This document shows, piece after piece, positions 36,884-51,800 of a stretch of 64,000 bases of DNA; positions within the stretch are counted from its first letter, which is position 1; every line of letters begins with the position of its first letter. The stretch is from NCBI RefSeq assembly GCF_040938485.1, contig NW_027272012.1, forward strand, positions 124,001-188,000, given 5' to 3'. Origin of the DNA: Diadema antillarum (taxonomy: Eukaryota). The translations under genes and the position numbers were made by a program. Below the pieces are notes generated by a model. It did no database searches, was not told the origin of the DNA, and worked only from the letters and a program-made list of their open reading frames with translations.

Positions 36884-39800
36884 GGCCTTAGGACGTCACA
36901 TAGTATCTAAAGTCCACATTGTGCAAGAATGACGACATCTTCGTCGCTTGGAATTTCAGTAATGAACATGTACATTTATACGATTTTGAAGTGGTTCGTT
37001 ACGAGTGTGGGTCAGGGTGGCAAAGAGTGCTGCATGAAAAAGAAGAAAGTAAGGGAAAGAAGGAGGAGACGAAGAAGAACGATGGGATGCGACAAGGGAA
37101 AATGAGAAGAGAAGGACGAGAAGGACAACTGGACAGAAAGGTGAAAGAGGAGAAAAAGAAGAGGTAAAGAAGAGGGATAGAAAACGAAAATAAGAATGAC
37201 GCGGATAAGGAAAATAGATAAAAAGAGGAAGGACAACAAGAACAAGGTGGAAAGGGAGGCAAAGAAGAATCAAAAGAGAAGAAGGAGCAACAGAAGAGGA
37301 CTATTATTTGTGAAAAACCAAAATGTGATCATTAGAGAGAGTGGCGAGGACTTACGTGTACAATATCGCCCGGGGAGAGTGTCAACGTAAGGGTCCATTA
37401 AGTCGGGCGGGCAAGAGCAGGTGTATCCGCGTGTTCCAGTGTCAGAGCAATTCGCGTCTGGATGGCAGTCGGCCAAACCCGTTAAACATTCATCATGCGC
37501 TGTCGCAAAGGATTTAGAAAGGTGAAGTTAATGATCGTGTTCACGTATCAGTTTTGTAAACGTATTCAATACTAGGATGTCGCAACTCTTTCGTAGACAG
37601 CTCAGAAACAAACAAACAAACAAACAAACAAACAGACAACAACAACATCAAAAGCAGAAATCAACTGTCTTAGTTCTAAAATTATCTCGCCCAAGTTTGT
37701 ATTTGAACGTTGTTTCCAATCCCTACTTCACAGAGATTATTTCATTTTCGTTAGAAAGTTAGAATACCATTGAAGACACACACAGCAATGCCATGATTTT
37801 AACTTGATCTTAACTCTAAAGTTCAACTTACATTCTTACATGAAACACCATCCCCTCCCCCCCCCCCCCCCCCTCCCCGTCTTGCACAAGGCCTATATAG
37901 GGATATCAGGTTCTCGTTAGGAGAGAAAGAATTCCGTTGCCTCCTGCTAAATAACACAGAAAGACCTACGTAAGACTGCGACTGCTGACGCCTGAAGCGA
38001 AATGTTCCTCGGAAGGAGCTTCTTGTGGATCTCTAGATACTGCGTTGTTTCGTTAGACACGACCTCGGCCGTCACATTGGTAGAAACGAAACCGATGGCG
38101 TAATCGACAATGATACTCCCCTGCTTGAAGGAAAAGACTTCGCACGTAGCGAGACGGAAGACTGAATCGAGTAGCGAATCGTACATCTCCTTCAGCTACA
38201 CATCATGGGAGCAAAGACATGGAGTAATAAGTGAGTAGGGTCTTTGTCTCCGATTGGAGGCCCAGGGGAGGGATATCGAAGAGTGCAGGAGTACATAGTT
38301 CGGTAATGATCGTTATTCTGAACGTTCGTTATACCCAAGTTTCGTCAATCGGAAAATGAAATAAGATTCTTTAATCCGAAAACGAAATCAGGTGAACATG
38401 CTAACGTATCTTTGGAATGACGGACTTTATTTCTGTTTCGGATTAATGAACATTCTAAATGACGACGAGTTTTTACATTTTCGGATCAACCAACTTCCGG
38501 TATAATAAACTTCATTTCACTTTCGGATTAACGAACCTTCGGAATGATGAATCTTATTTCATTTTGGGATTAACGAGGATTAACGAATCTTCGGAATTGT
38601 CATCATATGATTTCAAGAAAGAACGACCAATGTAAAGACCAAGGTACTTACAGAACAGAGCTGACAATGGTCATTAAGGAAGTTGTACCAAAAAAAAAAG
38701 ATATGGATATTGGACAACACAAAGCACAATATCACCATGAGCACGTTTGTAAAAACTTAGTGATGAATGTTCTTGACACCACTCATTACCACAATCACTG
38801 ACATTTCCGTATCATTAGACACAACTTGTTATGTACATACTCATATTGTCAAATTCAATATCAACTCCCAACATGCACACTTAAAGGTAAAGTTCACAAG
38901 CCCAGGTAAGCAGCAGGATTAGCTTACTGAATTGCAGAATTCCGATTCCAAAACCTTGAATATTTCCGAAGTTGGATCAGAGTAATCATCTTGAAACACC
39001 GCGTTCTCTCCCTTTATCTCAACAATCTTCACCTGCATCATGTAGGACACAACCTCTTGATTACAGAAAGAAAGAAAGAAAGAAGAAAAAACAGCGTGGT
39101 TACTTTCAGATACTCAGAATCGATTGAAACACAGCAGGTTAAAAGAGAAGCACCTGTACCCATATTCCTTCCGATTGGGTACACGCTATAGACCTAAGAA
39201 ACAACAACAAAAGCAACGAAAGTTTGCATCTACGAGGACAGTTTTGAGAGCATGTTTTAAACACATCTAAGCAGAGGTGAAACAAAATGTGTGAAGCACT
39301 AACATCCACGTCACTTCCATGTCATACTGTACCACCATATAGATACTGGCGACACAATGAGTTAGCCAGAAATGTGATATTTATTTATTTATTAATTACT
39401 TTTTTATTCCGATTTCAAGCCTTCTCACTTCTCTTATCAAAGGTTAGGGAAAATATATTGCTGAAGTAATCAGGAAGCTCTGGAAATATATTTTGAATTG
39501 TGATCGCTCGTAGCCAGCTTCTTTGCTGGCATTTTGAAGAAACACAACCAACACAAACACAAACACAAACACATACAGTTGACCCGCAGAACATGCAGAA
39601 TGAAACAACGCACATGGAAGTAGGCCTACGACTTGAATATAATAAAGAGTGTGCTTACAGGCACCAACAAAAACACCGCATGGGTAAATATTATTCCTTT
39701 TTCATTTAGCATTTTTTCTTTTACATTTGTAAAACTGATTAGATGGGGACCAACTATTCTCCAACATTCCGTCAGAATAATTATACTCATGACGCGATTT

Positions 39801-42800
39801 GCAAAGAGAGTCAAATGAATCTCACCGTTACATTTGCCGTTCACGCGTTCATAGCCCTGCCAACAAGCACAAAATCCGCCACTTTTATCTTCGATGCATA
39901 CCTCGTTGTCTTCAACGCATTTAACGCCACAGTACGCTTCTGGAAATAATAAATGCAGTAGAAAAATAGGTCATGATGTGCTTAATTAGTATAATGTGCA
40001 ATGATAATGTAGTGATCAAACACAGGAAAAAACCTCACAGCTGGTATACGAGGGAGTTCAGGGTTACAGATCACTGTCATTAAGTTGATTTTCCGCTTCC
40101 CTGGTAGAGTAGGTGAATGTCACAGAATAGACAATAATAGTAATAGGGGCAATGATGATAATGATGATTAATAAGAACGTATGTATGTATATATATTAGT
40201 AAAGCGTTTTAAAATAATTCAAAATCTATCATAATCTTTAGCTGGAATCATAATAGAATATTACGTCTTCCATTCACTACAATAGAATATCCGTCCGTCG
40301 GTGAATTGTGCATATGTAGTAGAAACAGTGTATAGCATCTGAAAGCACGCTGAGCATCAGAAGGCTTTATTTTTTTTAACCATTGCTACTGTTGGCATAT
40401 TTTTTCCGTTACATTCTAAGCAAATGCGTTTGCGAAAAAAAGTTCTTAAAGCTATCAAGTTAATCTTTTGACGTATCACCTGCGAGTTTGAGAGAACATT
40501 GGACCAGTTTGAACATATACATTGTAATCCAAAATTGTAATCAAATGTGACGTAATTGCTCTCGCCTTGTTCTTTACCTTTTAAAGAGAATTTGTAAAAA
40601 TATGAAATGAAATGGAATAAAGTGAGTTTGCTGGTTAAGACTTAGACAGTGATAAAGTATGTCATTTCTGAGAAACAAATAACGGAGGAACAAGGGGCAA
40701 GCAAGATACGAACCGCTTGCTGTGACAACCGTCTTTGTGGTTAACAGGTCCTGTCCTTTGCTCGTTGTGGAAGGTTGTGCTGCCAAAGTCGTCGCCAGAG
40801 GTGATGGCCGGTCAGTGACAGAGGTTGAAGGATCAGTGCCTGTTGATTCCGAAGGCCTAGTCGAGCTGGTTTCTCTCTCTGTCTGTTCTGTGACCGTTGT
40901 GGGTTGACTTTCCCTCTTTGGTTCAGCTGTTTCTCTTTCTGTGAACAAGTCAGTAGTCATCTGGTGTTGTGATGTGAAGGCGTGTGTACTTGATGACATT
41001 GATTCTGTCTGATCACTCGCTGTTGTTGAAAGGCTTTCTCTTGATGGAGTCATGGCAGTCGCCATATCCGTTTGGATTTGGTTTGTAACGGTTGTCAAAT
41101 GACTCGTAGTTGTTGCCTCACTTGCTGTCAATTCTGTGGTTGTGTATGTAGTTACCTGACGTGATGTTAAGGTACGTTGAGTTGAAGACACAGGTTGTGT
41201 CTGGTCTGTTGCTGATAACGGAAGGTCATCTGTTGTTGATGCCTGGGTAGTTACAGCTTCTGTCTCCACCTCATCTGTAACCATTGACGATTGACTATAA
41301 CTGGTTAGCCTACTTACGGTGACTAAGACAGATGTTGCATCAGGACGTGTTGATTCTTGCGACGTGGTAATTTCTGTCTCTAACGGCTCTGTGACCTTTG
41401 TAGGCTCGCTTTTACTTGTTGGCTCACTTATGTCTAATTCAGTAACTAAGGAAGACGTTGCGTCATGGCGTGTTGTAAAGCTACGTTGAGTTGAAGTGAT
41501 GTTCTCTGTCTGATCTGTCAATAATCTTGATGTACTTTCTTTTCTTGACCCTTGAGTAGTTGTTATTTCTGTCTCTATCTGATCAGTTACTGTTGTCAAC
41601 TGGCTTTCACTAGTTGTTTCGAATTCGGTGATTAAGACAGGTGTCGTAACAAGACGTGTTGTGAATCTGCGTTGCGTTGGAGACATGTCCTCGGTCTGAT
41701 CTGTCAATGTCGATACACTTTCTTTTGTTAGTTCTTGAGTCGTCATTATTTCTGTCTCTACCCGATCTGTGACCATTGTCGCCTGGCTTCCACTAGTCGC
41801 CTCACTTGTTTCGAATTCGGTGATTAAGGCAGATGTTGTATCTTGAAGGGTTGTACTGCTGCTTGGAGTTGAGGTCATTGGTTGGGTTTCTTCCGGCAAT
41901 GAAGTCGACACACTTTCTTTCGTTGTTTCTTGGGTTGACATAATTTCTGTCTCTAACTGATTCGTGACCGTTGTCGATTGGCTTCCACTAGTCGCCTCAC
42001 TTGTTTCGAATTCGGTGATTAAGGCAGATGTTGTATCTTCCCGGGTTGTACTGCTGCTTGGAGTTGAGGTCATTGGTTGGGTTTCTTCGGGCAATGAAGT
42101 CGACACTTTTTTCGATGTTTCTTGGGTTGACATAAATTCTGTCTCTAACTGATTCGTGACTGATGTCGATTGGCTTCCACTAGTCGCCTCACTTGTTTCG
42201 AATTCGGTGATTAAGGCAGATGTTGTATCTTGAAGGGTTGTAAAGGTGCTTTGAGTTGAGGTCATTGGCTGGGTTTCTTCCGGCAATGAAGTCGACACAC
42301 TTTCTTTCGTTGTTTCTTGGGTTGACATAATTTCTGTCTCTAACTGATTCGTGACCGTTGTCGATTGGCTTCCACTAGTCGCCTCACTTGTTTCGAATTC
42401 GGTGATTAAGGCAGATGTTGTATCTTCCCGGGTTGTACTGCTGCTTGGAGTTGAGGTCATTGGTTGGGTTTCTTCGGGCAATGAAGTCGACACTTTTTTC
42501 GATGTTTCTTGGGTTGACATAAATTCTGTCTCTAACTGATTCGTGACTGATGTCGATTGGCTTCCACTAGTCGCCTCACTTGTTTCGAATTCGGTGATTA
42601 AGGCAGATGTTGTATCTTGAAGGGTTGTAAAGGTGCTTTGAGTTGAGGTCATTGGCTGGGTTTCTTCCGGCAATGAAGTCGACACACTTTCTTTCGTTGT
42701 TTCTTGGGTTGACATAATTTCTGTCTCTAACTGATTCGTGACCGTTGTCGATTGGCTTCCACTAGTCGCCTCACTTGTTTCGAATTCGGTGATTAAGGCA

Positions 42801-45800
42801 GATGTTGTATCTTCCCGGGTTGTACTGCTGCTTGGAGTTGAGGTCATTGGTTGGGTTTCTTCGGGCAATGAAGTCGACACACTTTCTTTCGTTGTTTCTT
42901 GGGTTGACATAATTTCTGTCTCTACCTGATCTGTGAACGTTGTCAACTGGCTTTCACTAATTGGTTCACTCCTTTCTAATTCGGTGACTAATGCCGGTGT
43001 TGAAGCAGGACGTGTTGTAAAACTTTCTCGAGTTAAAGCCATATCTTCTGTCCGATATGTTAATGATGTTGCTACACTTTCTGTCATTGACTTTTCAGTA
43101 CTTATCACTTCTGTCTGTTTTGTGACCGTTTTTGATTGAGTAGAACTTGTTAGCTCAGTTGTTTCTAGTTCAGTGACTAAGGCAGATGTTGTATCAGGGG
43201 GTGCTGTAGAGCTGCGTTGGGTTGAAGCCATATCTTCAGTCTGATCTGTCAATAATGTCGATACACTTTCCTTTGTTGATTCTTGAGTCGTCATTATTTC
43301 TGTCTCTACCCGATCTGTGACTGTTGTCAACTGGCTGCCAATAGTTGGCTCACTTGTTTCGAACTTGGTGACTAAGACAGATGTTGTAAAAGGACGTGTT
43401 GTGAAGCTCGGTTGAGTTGAAGCTTTTGTATCTTCTGCAAATGAAGTTGATATACTTTCAATCGTTGATTTTCGAGTAGTTATAATATCTGTCTCCGCTT
43501 GAAGTGTTGCAGATGTAGATTGAATAGATATTGTTTGCTCACTTGTTTCTAATTCTGTAACAGTGACAGATGTAGCATCTGGAGTTAATGTATAACTGCG
43601 TTCAGTTGAAGCCATTTCTTCGGTCTGAGCTGTCAGTGATGTCGATACACGGTCTGTCAATGATTCATGGGTAGTTATTAATTCTGTCTCTACCTGATCT
43701 GAGACCGTTGTCGCCTGGCTTTCACTGGTTGGCCCACTTGTTTGTAATTCAGTGACTAAGGCAGGTGATGTACCAATACGTGTTGTAAGGCTGCGTTGCG
43801 TTGAAGCCATGTCTTCTGTCTGATCTGTCAATAATGTCGACACGCCCTCCTTTCTTGTTTCCTGCGTTGTCATTATTTCTGTCATTACCCGATCTTTTAC
43901 AGTGGTCGTTTGTTTTTCGCTTGTTGGCTCACTTGTTTCAAATTCGGTTGATAAGACATATGTTATATCTTTACTTAACGTATAACTGCGTTGAGTTGAA
44001 ACCATTTCTTCGATCTGATCTGTCAGTGAAGTCGATATACTGTCTGTAATTGAATCTTGAGTCGTCATTATATCTGTCTGTATGTGATCTGTGGCCGTTG
44101 TCGCCTGGCTTTCACTGGTTGGCCCACTTGTTTGTAATTCAGTGACTAAGGTAGGTGTTGTACCAATACGTGTTGTAAGGCTGCGTTGCGTTGAAGCCAT
44201 GTCTTCTGTCTGATCTGTCAATAATGTCGACACGCCCTCCCTTCTTGTTTCCTGCGTTGTCCTTATTTCTGTCACAACCTGATCTGTTTCCGTCGTCGCT
44301 TGTTTTTCGCTTGTTGGCTCACTCGTTTCCAATTCGGTTGATAAGACAGATGTTATATCTTTACTTAACGTATAACTGCGTTGAGTTGAAACCATTTCTT
44401 CGGTCTGATCTGTCAGTGATGTCGATATACTGTCTGTAATTGAATCTTGAGTCGTCATTATATCTGTCTGTATGTGATCTGTGGCCGTTGTAGCCTGGCT
44501 TTCACTGGTTGGCCCACTTGTTTGTAATTCAGTGACTAAGGTAGGTGTTGTACCAATACGTGTTGTAAGGCTGCGTTGCGTTGAAGCCATGTCCTCTGTC
44601 TGATCTGTCAATGATGTCGACACGCCCTCCTTTCTTGTTTCCTGCGTTGTCCTTATTTCTGTCACAACCTGATCTGTTGCAGTGGTCGCTTGTTTTTCGC
44701 TAGTTGGCTCACTTGTTTCAAATTCGGTTGATAAGACAGTTGTATCTGGACTTAACGTATAACTGCGTTGAGTTGAAACCATTTCTTCGGTCTGATATGT
44801 CAGTGATGTCGATATACTGTCTGTAATTGAATCTTGAGTCGTCATTATATCTGTCTCTATAATATCTGTGGCCGTTGTCGCCTGGTTTTCACTGGTTGGC
44901 CCACTTGTTTGTAATTCAGTGACTAGGGTAGGTGTTGTAAAAAGCCTTGAAGTAAAACTGCGTTGCGTTGAAGCCATGTCTTCTGTCTGATCTGTCAATA
45001 ATGTCGACACGCCCTCCTTTCTTGTTTCCTGCGTTGTCCTTATTTCTGTCACAACCTGATCTGTTGCAGTGGTCGCTTGTTTTTCGCTAGTTGGCTCACT
45101 TGTTTCAAATTCGGTTGATAAGACAGTTGTTGTATCTGGACTTAACGTATAACTGCGTTGAGTTGAAACCATTTCTTCGGTATGATCTGTCAGTGATGTC
45201 GATATACTGTCTGTCATTGAATCTTGAGTCGTCATTATATCTGTCTGTATGTGATCTGTGGCCGTTGTCGCCTGGCTTTCACTGGTTGGCCCACTTGTTT
45301 GTAATTCAGTGACTAGGGTAGGTGTTGTAAAAAGCCTTGAAGTAAAACTGCGTTGCGTTGAAGCCATGTCTTCTGTCTGATCTGTCAATAATGTCGACAC
45401 GCCCTCCTTTCTTGTTTCCTGCGTTGTCCTTATTTCTGTCACAACCTGATCTGTTGCAGTGGTCGCTTGTTTTTCACTAGTTGGCTCACTTGTTTCAAAT
45501 TCGGTTGATAAGACAGTTGTTGTATCTGGACTTAATGTATAACTGCGTTGAGTTGAAACCATTTCTTCGGTATGATCTGTCAGTGATGTCGATATACTGT
45601 CTGTAATTGAATCTTGAGTCGTCATTATATCTGTCTCTATAATATCTGTGGCCGTTGTCGCCTGGTTTTCACTGGTTGGCCCAATTCGTGTTGTAAGGCT
45701 GCGTTGCGTTGAAGCCATGTCTTCTGTCTGATCTGTCAATAATGTCGACACGCCCTCCTTTCTTGTTTCCTGCGTTGTCCTTATTTCTGTCATTACCTGA

Positions 45801-48800
45801 TCTGTTACAGTGGTCGTTTGTTTTTCGCTAGTTGGCTCACTTGTTTCAAATTCGGTTGATAAGACAGATGTTGTATCTTTACTTAACGTATAACTGCGTT
45901 CAGTTGAAACCATTTCTTCGGTCTGATCTGTCAGTGATGTCGATATACTGTCTGTAATTGAATCTTGAGTCGTCATTATATCTGTCTGTATGTTATCTGT
46001 GGCCGTTGTCGCCTGGCTTTCACTGGTTGGCCCACTTGTTTGTAATTCAGTGACTAGGGTAGGTGTTGTACCAATACGTGTTGTAAGGCTGCGTTGCGTT
46101 GAAGCCATGTCTTCTGTCTGATCTGTCAATAATGTCGACACGCCCTCCTTTCTTGTTTCCTGCGTTGTCCTTATTTCTGTCATTACCTGATCTGTTACAG
46201 TGGTCGTTTGTTTTTCGCTTGTTGGCTCACTTGTTTCAAATTCGGTTGATAAGACAGATGTTGTATCTGGACTTGATGTATAACTGCGTTGAGTTGAAAC
46301 CATTTCTTCGGTATGATCTGTCAGTGATGTCGATATACGGTCTGTAATTGAATCTTGAGTCGTCATTATATCTGTCTGTATGTTATCTGTGGCCGTTGTC
46401 GCCTGGCTTTCACTGGTTGGCCCACTTGTTTGTAATTCAGTGACTAAGGTAGGTGTTCTACCAATACGTGTTGTAAGGCTGCGTTGCGTTGAAGCAATGT
46501 CTTCTGTCTGATCTGTCAATAATGTCGACACGCCCTCCTTTCTTGTTTCCTGCGTTGTCCTTATTTCTGTCACAACCTGATCTGTTGCAGTGGTCGCTTG
46601 TTTTTCGCTAGTTGGCTCACTTGTTTCAAATTCGGTTGATAAGACAGTTGTTGTATCTGGACTTAACGTATAACTGCGTTGAGTTGAAACCATTTCTTCG
46701 GTATGATCTGTCAGTGATGTCGATATACTGTCTGTAATTGAATCTTGAGTCGTCATTATATCTGTCTCTATAATATCTGTGGCCGTTGTCGCCTGGTTTT
46801 CACTGGTTGGCCCAATTCGTGTTGTAAGGCTGCGTTGCGTTGAAGCCATGTCTTCTGTCTGATCTGTCAATAATGTCGACACGCCCTCCTTTCTTGTTTC
46901 CTGCGTTGTCCTTATTTCTGTCACAACCTGATCTGTTGCATTGGTCGCTTGTTTTTCGCTAGTTGGCTCACTTGTTTCAAATTCGGTTGATAAGACAGTT
47001 GTTGTATCTGGACTTAACGTATAACTGCGTTGAGTTGAAACCATTTCTTCGGTATGATCTGTCAGTGATGTCGATATACTGTCTGTAATTGAATCTTGAG
47101 TCGTCATTATATCTGTCTCTATAATATCTGTGGCCGTTGTCGCCTGGTTTTCACTGGTTGGCCCAATTCGTGTTGTAAGGCTGCGTTGCGTTGAAGCCAT
47201 GTCTTCTGTCTGATCTGTCAATAATGTCGACACGCCCTCCTTTCTTGTTTCCTGCGTTGTCCTTATTTCTGTCATTACCTGATCTGTTACAGTGGTCGTT
47301 TGTTTTTCGCTTGTTGGCTCACTTGTTTCAAATTCGGTTGATAAGACAGATGTTGTATCTTTACTTAACGTATAACTGCGTTCAGTTGAAACCATTTCTT
47401 CGGTCTGATCTGTCAGTGATGTCGATATACTGTCTGTAATTGAATCTTGAGTCGTCATTATATCTGTCTGTATGTTATCTGTGGCCGTTGTCGCCTGGCT
47501 TTCACTGGTTGGCCCACTTGTTTGTAATTCAGTGACTAAGGTAGGTGTTGTAAAAAGCCTTGACGTAAAACTGCGTTGCGTTGAAGGCATGTCCTCTGTC
47601 TGATCTGTCAATAATGTCGATACGCCCTCCTTTCTTGTTTCCTGCGTTGTCCTTATTTCTGTCGTTACCTGATCTGTTACAGTGGTCGTTTGTTTTTCGC
47701 TTGTTGGCTCACTTGTTTCAAATTCGGTTGATAAGACAGATGTTGTATCTTTACTTAACGTATAACTGCATTCAGTTGAAACCATTTCTTCGGTCTGATC
47801 TGTCAGTGATGTCGATATACTGTCTGTAATTGAATCTTGAGTCGTCATTATATCTGTCTGTATGTGATCTGTGGCCGTTGTCGCCTGGCTTTCACTGGTT
47901 GGCCCACTTGTTTGTAATTCAGTGACTAGGGTAGGTGTTGTAAAAAGCCTTGACGTAAAACTGCGTTGCGTTGAAGCCATGTCTTCTGTCTGATCTGTCA
48001 ATAATGTCGACACGCCCTCCTTTCTTGTTTCCTGCGTTGTCCTTATTTCTGTCATTACCTGATCTGTTACAGTGGTCGCTTGTTTTTCGCTTGTTGGCTC
48101 ACTTCTTTCAAATTCGGTTGATAAGATAGATGTTGTATCTGGACTTGATGTATAACTGCGTTGAGTTGAAACCATTTCTTCGGTCTGATCTGTCAGTGAT
48201 GTCGATACACTGTCTGTAATTGAATCTTGAGTCGTCATTATATCTGTCTGTATGTTATCTGTGGCCGTTGTCGCCTGGCTTTCACTGGTTGGCCCACTTG
48301 TTTGTAATTCAGTGACTAAGGTAGGTGTTGTACCAATACGTGTTGTAAGGCTGCGTTGCGTTGAAGCCATGTCTTCTGTCTGATCTGTCAATAATGTCGA
48401 CACGCCCTCCTTTCTTGTTTCCTGCGTTGTCCTTATTTCTGTCACAACCTGATCTGTTGCAGTGGTCGCTTGTTTTTCGCTAGTTGGCTCACTTGTTTCA
48501 AATTCGGTTGATAAGACAGTTGTTGTATCTGGACTTAACGTATAACTGCGTTGAGTTGAAACCATTTCTTCGGTATGATCTGTCAGTGATGTCGATATAC
48601 TGTCTGTAATTGAATCTTGAGTCGTCATTATATCTGTCTCTATAATATCTGTGGCCGTTGTCGCCTGGTTTTCACTGGTTGGCCCAATTCGTGTTGTAAG
48701 GCTGCGTTGCGTTGAAGCCATGTCTTCTGTCTGATTTGTCAATAATGTCGACACGCCCTCCTTTCTTGTTTCCTGCGTTGTCCTTATTTCTGTCATTACC

Positions 48801-51800
48801 TGATCTGTTACAGTGGTCGTTTGTTTTTCGCTTGTTGGCTCACTTGTTTCAAATTCGGTTGATAAGACAGATGTTGTATCTTTACTTAACGTATAACTGC
48901 GTTCAGTTGAAACCATTTCTTCGGTCTGATCTGTCAGTGATGTCGATATACTGTCTGTCATTGAATCTTGAGTCGTCATTATATCTGTGGCCGTTGTCGT
49001 CTGGCTTTCACTGGTTCGCCCACTTGTTTGTAATTCAGTGACTAAGGCAGGTGATGTACCAATACGTGTTGTAAGGCTGCGTTGCGTTGAAGCCATGTCT
49101 TCTGTCTGATCTGTCAATAATGTCGACACGCCCTCCCTTCTTGTTTCCTGCGTTGTCCTTATTTCTGTCACAACCTGATCTGTTTCCGTCGTCGCTTGTT
49201 TTTCGCTTGTTGGCTCACTCGTTTCAAATTCGGTTGATAAGACAGATGTTATATCTTTACTTAACGTATAACTGCGTTGAGTTGAAACCATTTCTTCGGT
49301 CTGCTCTGTCAGTGATGTCGATATACTGTCCGTCATTGAGTCTTGAGTCGTCATTATATCTGTGGCCGTTGTCGCCTGGCTTTCACTGGTTGGCCCACTT
49401 GTTTCTAATTCAGTGACTAGGGTAGGTGTTGTAAAAAGCCTTGAAGTAAAACTGCGTTGCGTTGAAGCCATGTCTTCTGTCTGATCCGTCAATAATGTCG
49501 ACACGCCCTCCTTTCTTGTTTCCTGCGTTGCCATTCTTTCTGTCATTACCTGATCTGTTGCAGTGGTCGCTTGTTTTTCGCTTGTTGGCTCACTTGTTTC
49601 AAATTCGGTTGATAAGACAGATGTTGTATCTGGACTTGATGTATAACTGCGTTGAATTGAAACCAATTCTTCGGTCTGATCTGTCAGTGATGTCGATATA
49701 CGGTCTGTAATTGAATCTTGAGTCGTCATTATATCTGTCTGTATGTGATCTGTGGCCGTTGTCGCCTGGCTTTCACTGGTTGGCCCACTTGTTTGTAATT
49801 CAGTGACTAAGGTAGGTGTTGTACCAATACGTGTTGTAAGGCTGCGTTGCGTTGAAGCCATGTCTTCTGTCTGATCTGTCAATAATGTCGACACGCCCTC
49901 CATTCTTGTTTCCTGCGTTGTCCTTATTTCTGTCACAACCTGATCTGTTTCCGTCGTCGCTTGTTTTTCGCTTGTTGGCTCACTCGTTTCCAATTCGGTT
50001 GATAAGACAGATGTTATATCTTTACTTAACGTATAACTGCGTTGAGTTGAAACCATTTCTTCGGTCTGATCTGTCAGTGATGTCGATATACTGTCTGTCA
50101 TTGAATCTTGAGTCGTCATTATATCTGTGGCCGTTGTCGCCTGGCTTTCACTGGTTGGCCCACTGGTTTGTAATTCAGTGACTAGGGTAGGTGTTGTAAA
50201 AAGCCTTGAAGTAAAACTGCGTTGCGTTGAAGCCATGTCTTCTGTCTGATCTGTCAATAATGTCGACACGGCCTCCTTTCTTGTTTCCTGCGTTGTCCTT
50301 ATTTCTGTCACAACCTGATCCTTTGCAGTGGTCGCTTGTTTTTCGCTTGTTGGCTCACTTGTTTCAAATTCGGTTGATAAGACAGATGTTATATCTTTAC
50401 TTAACGTATAACTGCGTTGAGTTGAAACCATTTCTTCGGTCTGCTCTGTCAGTGATGTCGACATACTGTCCGTCATTGAGTCTTGAGTCGTCATTATATC
50501 TGTGGCCGTTGTCGTCTGGCTTTCACTGGTTGGCCCACTTGTTTGTAATTCAGTGACTAAGGTAGGTGTTGTGCCAATACGTGTTGTAAGGCTGCGTTGC
50601 GTTGAAGCCATGTCTTCTGTCTGATCTGTCAATAATGTCGACAAATCCTCCTTTGTTGTTTCCTGCGTTGCCATTCTTTCTGTCATTACCTGATCTGTTG
50701 CAGTGGTCGCTTGTTTTTCGCTTGTTGGCTCACTTGTTTCAAATTCGGTTGATAAGACAGATGTTGTATCTGGACTTGATGTATAACTGCGTTGAGTTGA
50801 AACCATTTCTTCGGTCTGCTCTGTCAGTGATGTCGACATACTGTCTGTCATTGAATCTTGAGTCGTCATTATATCTGTCTGTATGTGATCTGTGGCCGTT
50901 GTCGCCTGGCTTTCACTGGTTGGCCCACTTGTTTCTAATTCAGTGACTAGGGTAGGTGTTGTAAAAAGCCTTGAAGTAAAACTGCGTTGCGTTGAAGCCA
51001 TGTCTTCTGTCTGATCCGTCAATAATGTCGACACGCCCTCCTTTCTTGTTTCCTGCGTTGCCATTCTTTCTGTCATTACCTGATCTGTTGCAGTGGTCGC
51101 TTGTTTTTCGCTTGTTGGCTCACTTGTTTCAAATTCGGTTGATAAGACAGATGTTGTATCTGGACTTGATGTATAACTGCGTTGAGTTGAAACCATTTCT
51201 TCGGTCTGCTCTGTCAGTGATGTCGACATACTGTCTGTCATTGAATCTTGAGTCGTCATTATATCTGTCTGTATGTGATCTGTGGCCGTTGTCGCCTGGC
51301 TTTCACTGGTTGGCCCACTTGTTTCTAATTCAGTGACTAGGGTAGGTGTTGTAAAAAGCCTTGAAGTAAAACTGCGTTGCGTTGAAGCCATGTCTTCTGT
51401 CTGATCCGTCAATAATGTCGACACGCCCTCCTTTCTTGTTTCCTGCGTTGCCATTCTTTCTGTCATTACCTGATCTGTTGCAGTGGTCGCTTGTTTTTCG
51501 CTTGTTGGCTCACTTGTTTCAAATTCGGTTGATAAGACAGATGTTGTATCTGGACTTGATGTATAACTGCGTTGAATTGAAACCATTTCTTCGGTCTGAT
51601 CTGTCAGTGATGTCGATATACGGTCTGTAATTGAATCTTGAGTCGTCATTATATCTGTCTGTATGTGATCTGAGACCGTTGTCGCCTGGCTTTCACTGGT
51701 TGGCCCACTTGTTTGTAATTCAGTGACTAAGGTAGTTGTTGTACCAATACGTGTTGTAAGGCTGCGTTGCGTTGAAGCCATGTCTTCTGTCTGATCTGTC

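Noticed and set aside
36919-37390. K/E/R-rich and F/S/L-rich ORFs
   Set aside because: Products of a purine-rich low-complexity intron tract.
39150-39202. Sushi-like fragment SIACTQSEGIW in a mucin intron
   Set aside because: A phase-1 entry gives a stop, no compatible donor was found, and the flanking EGF and SEA exons join in frame without it.
40574-40713. Hydrophobic C-terminal end of the 5312-aa ORF (GSYLACPLFLRYLF...)
   Set aside because: Read-through into the intron after the donor at 40714. The spliced frame continues into the EGF exon.
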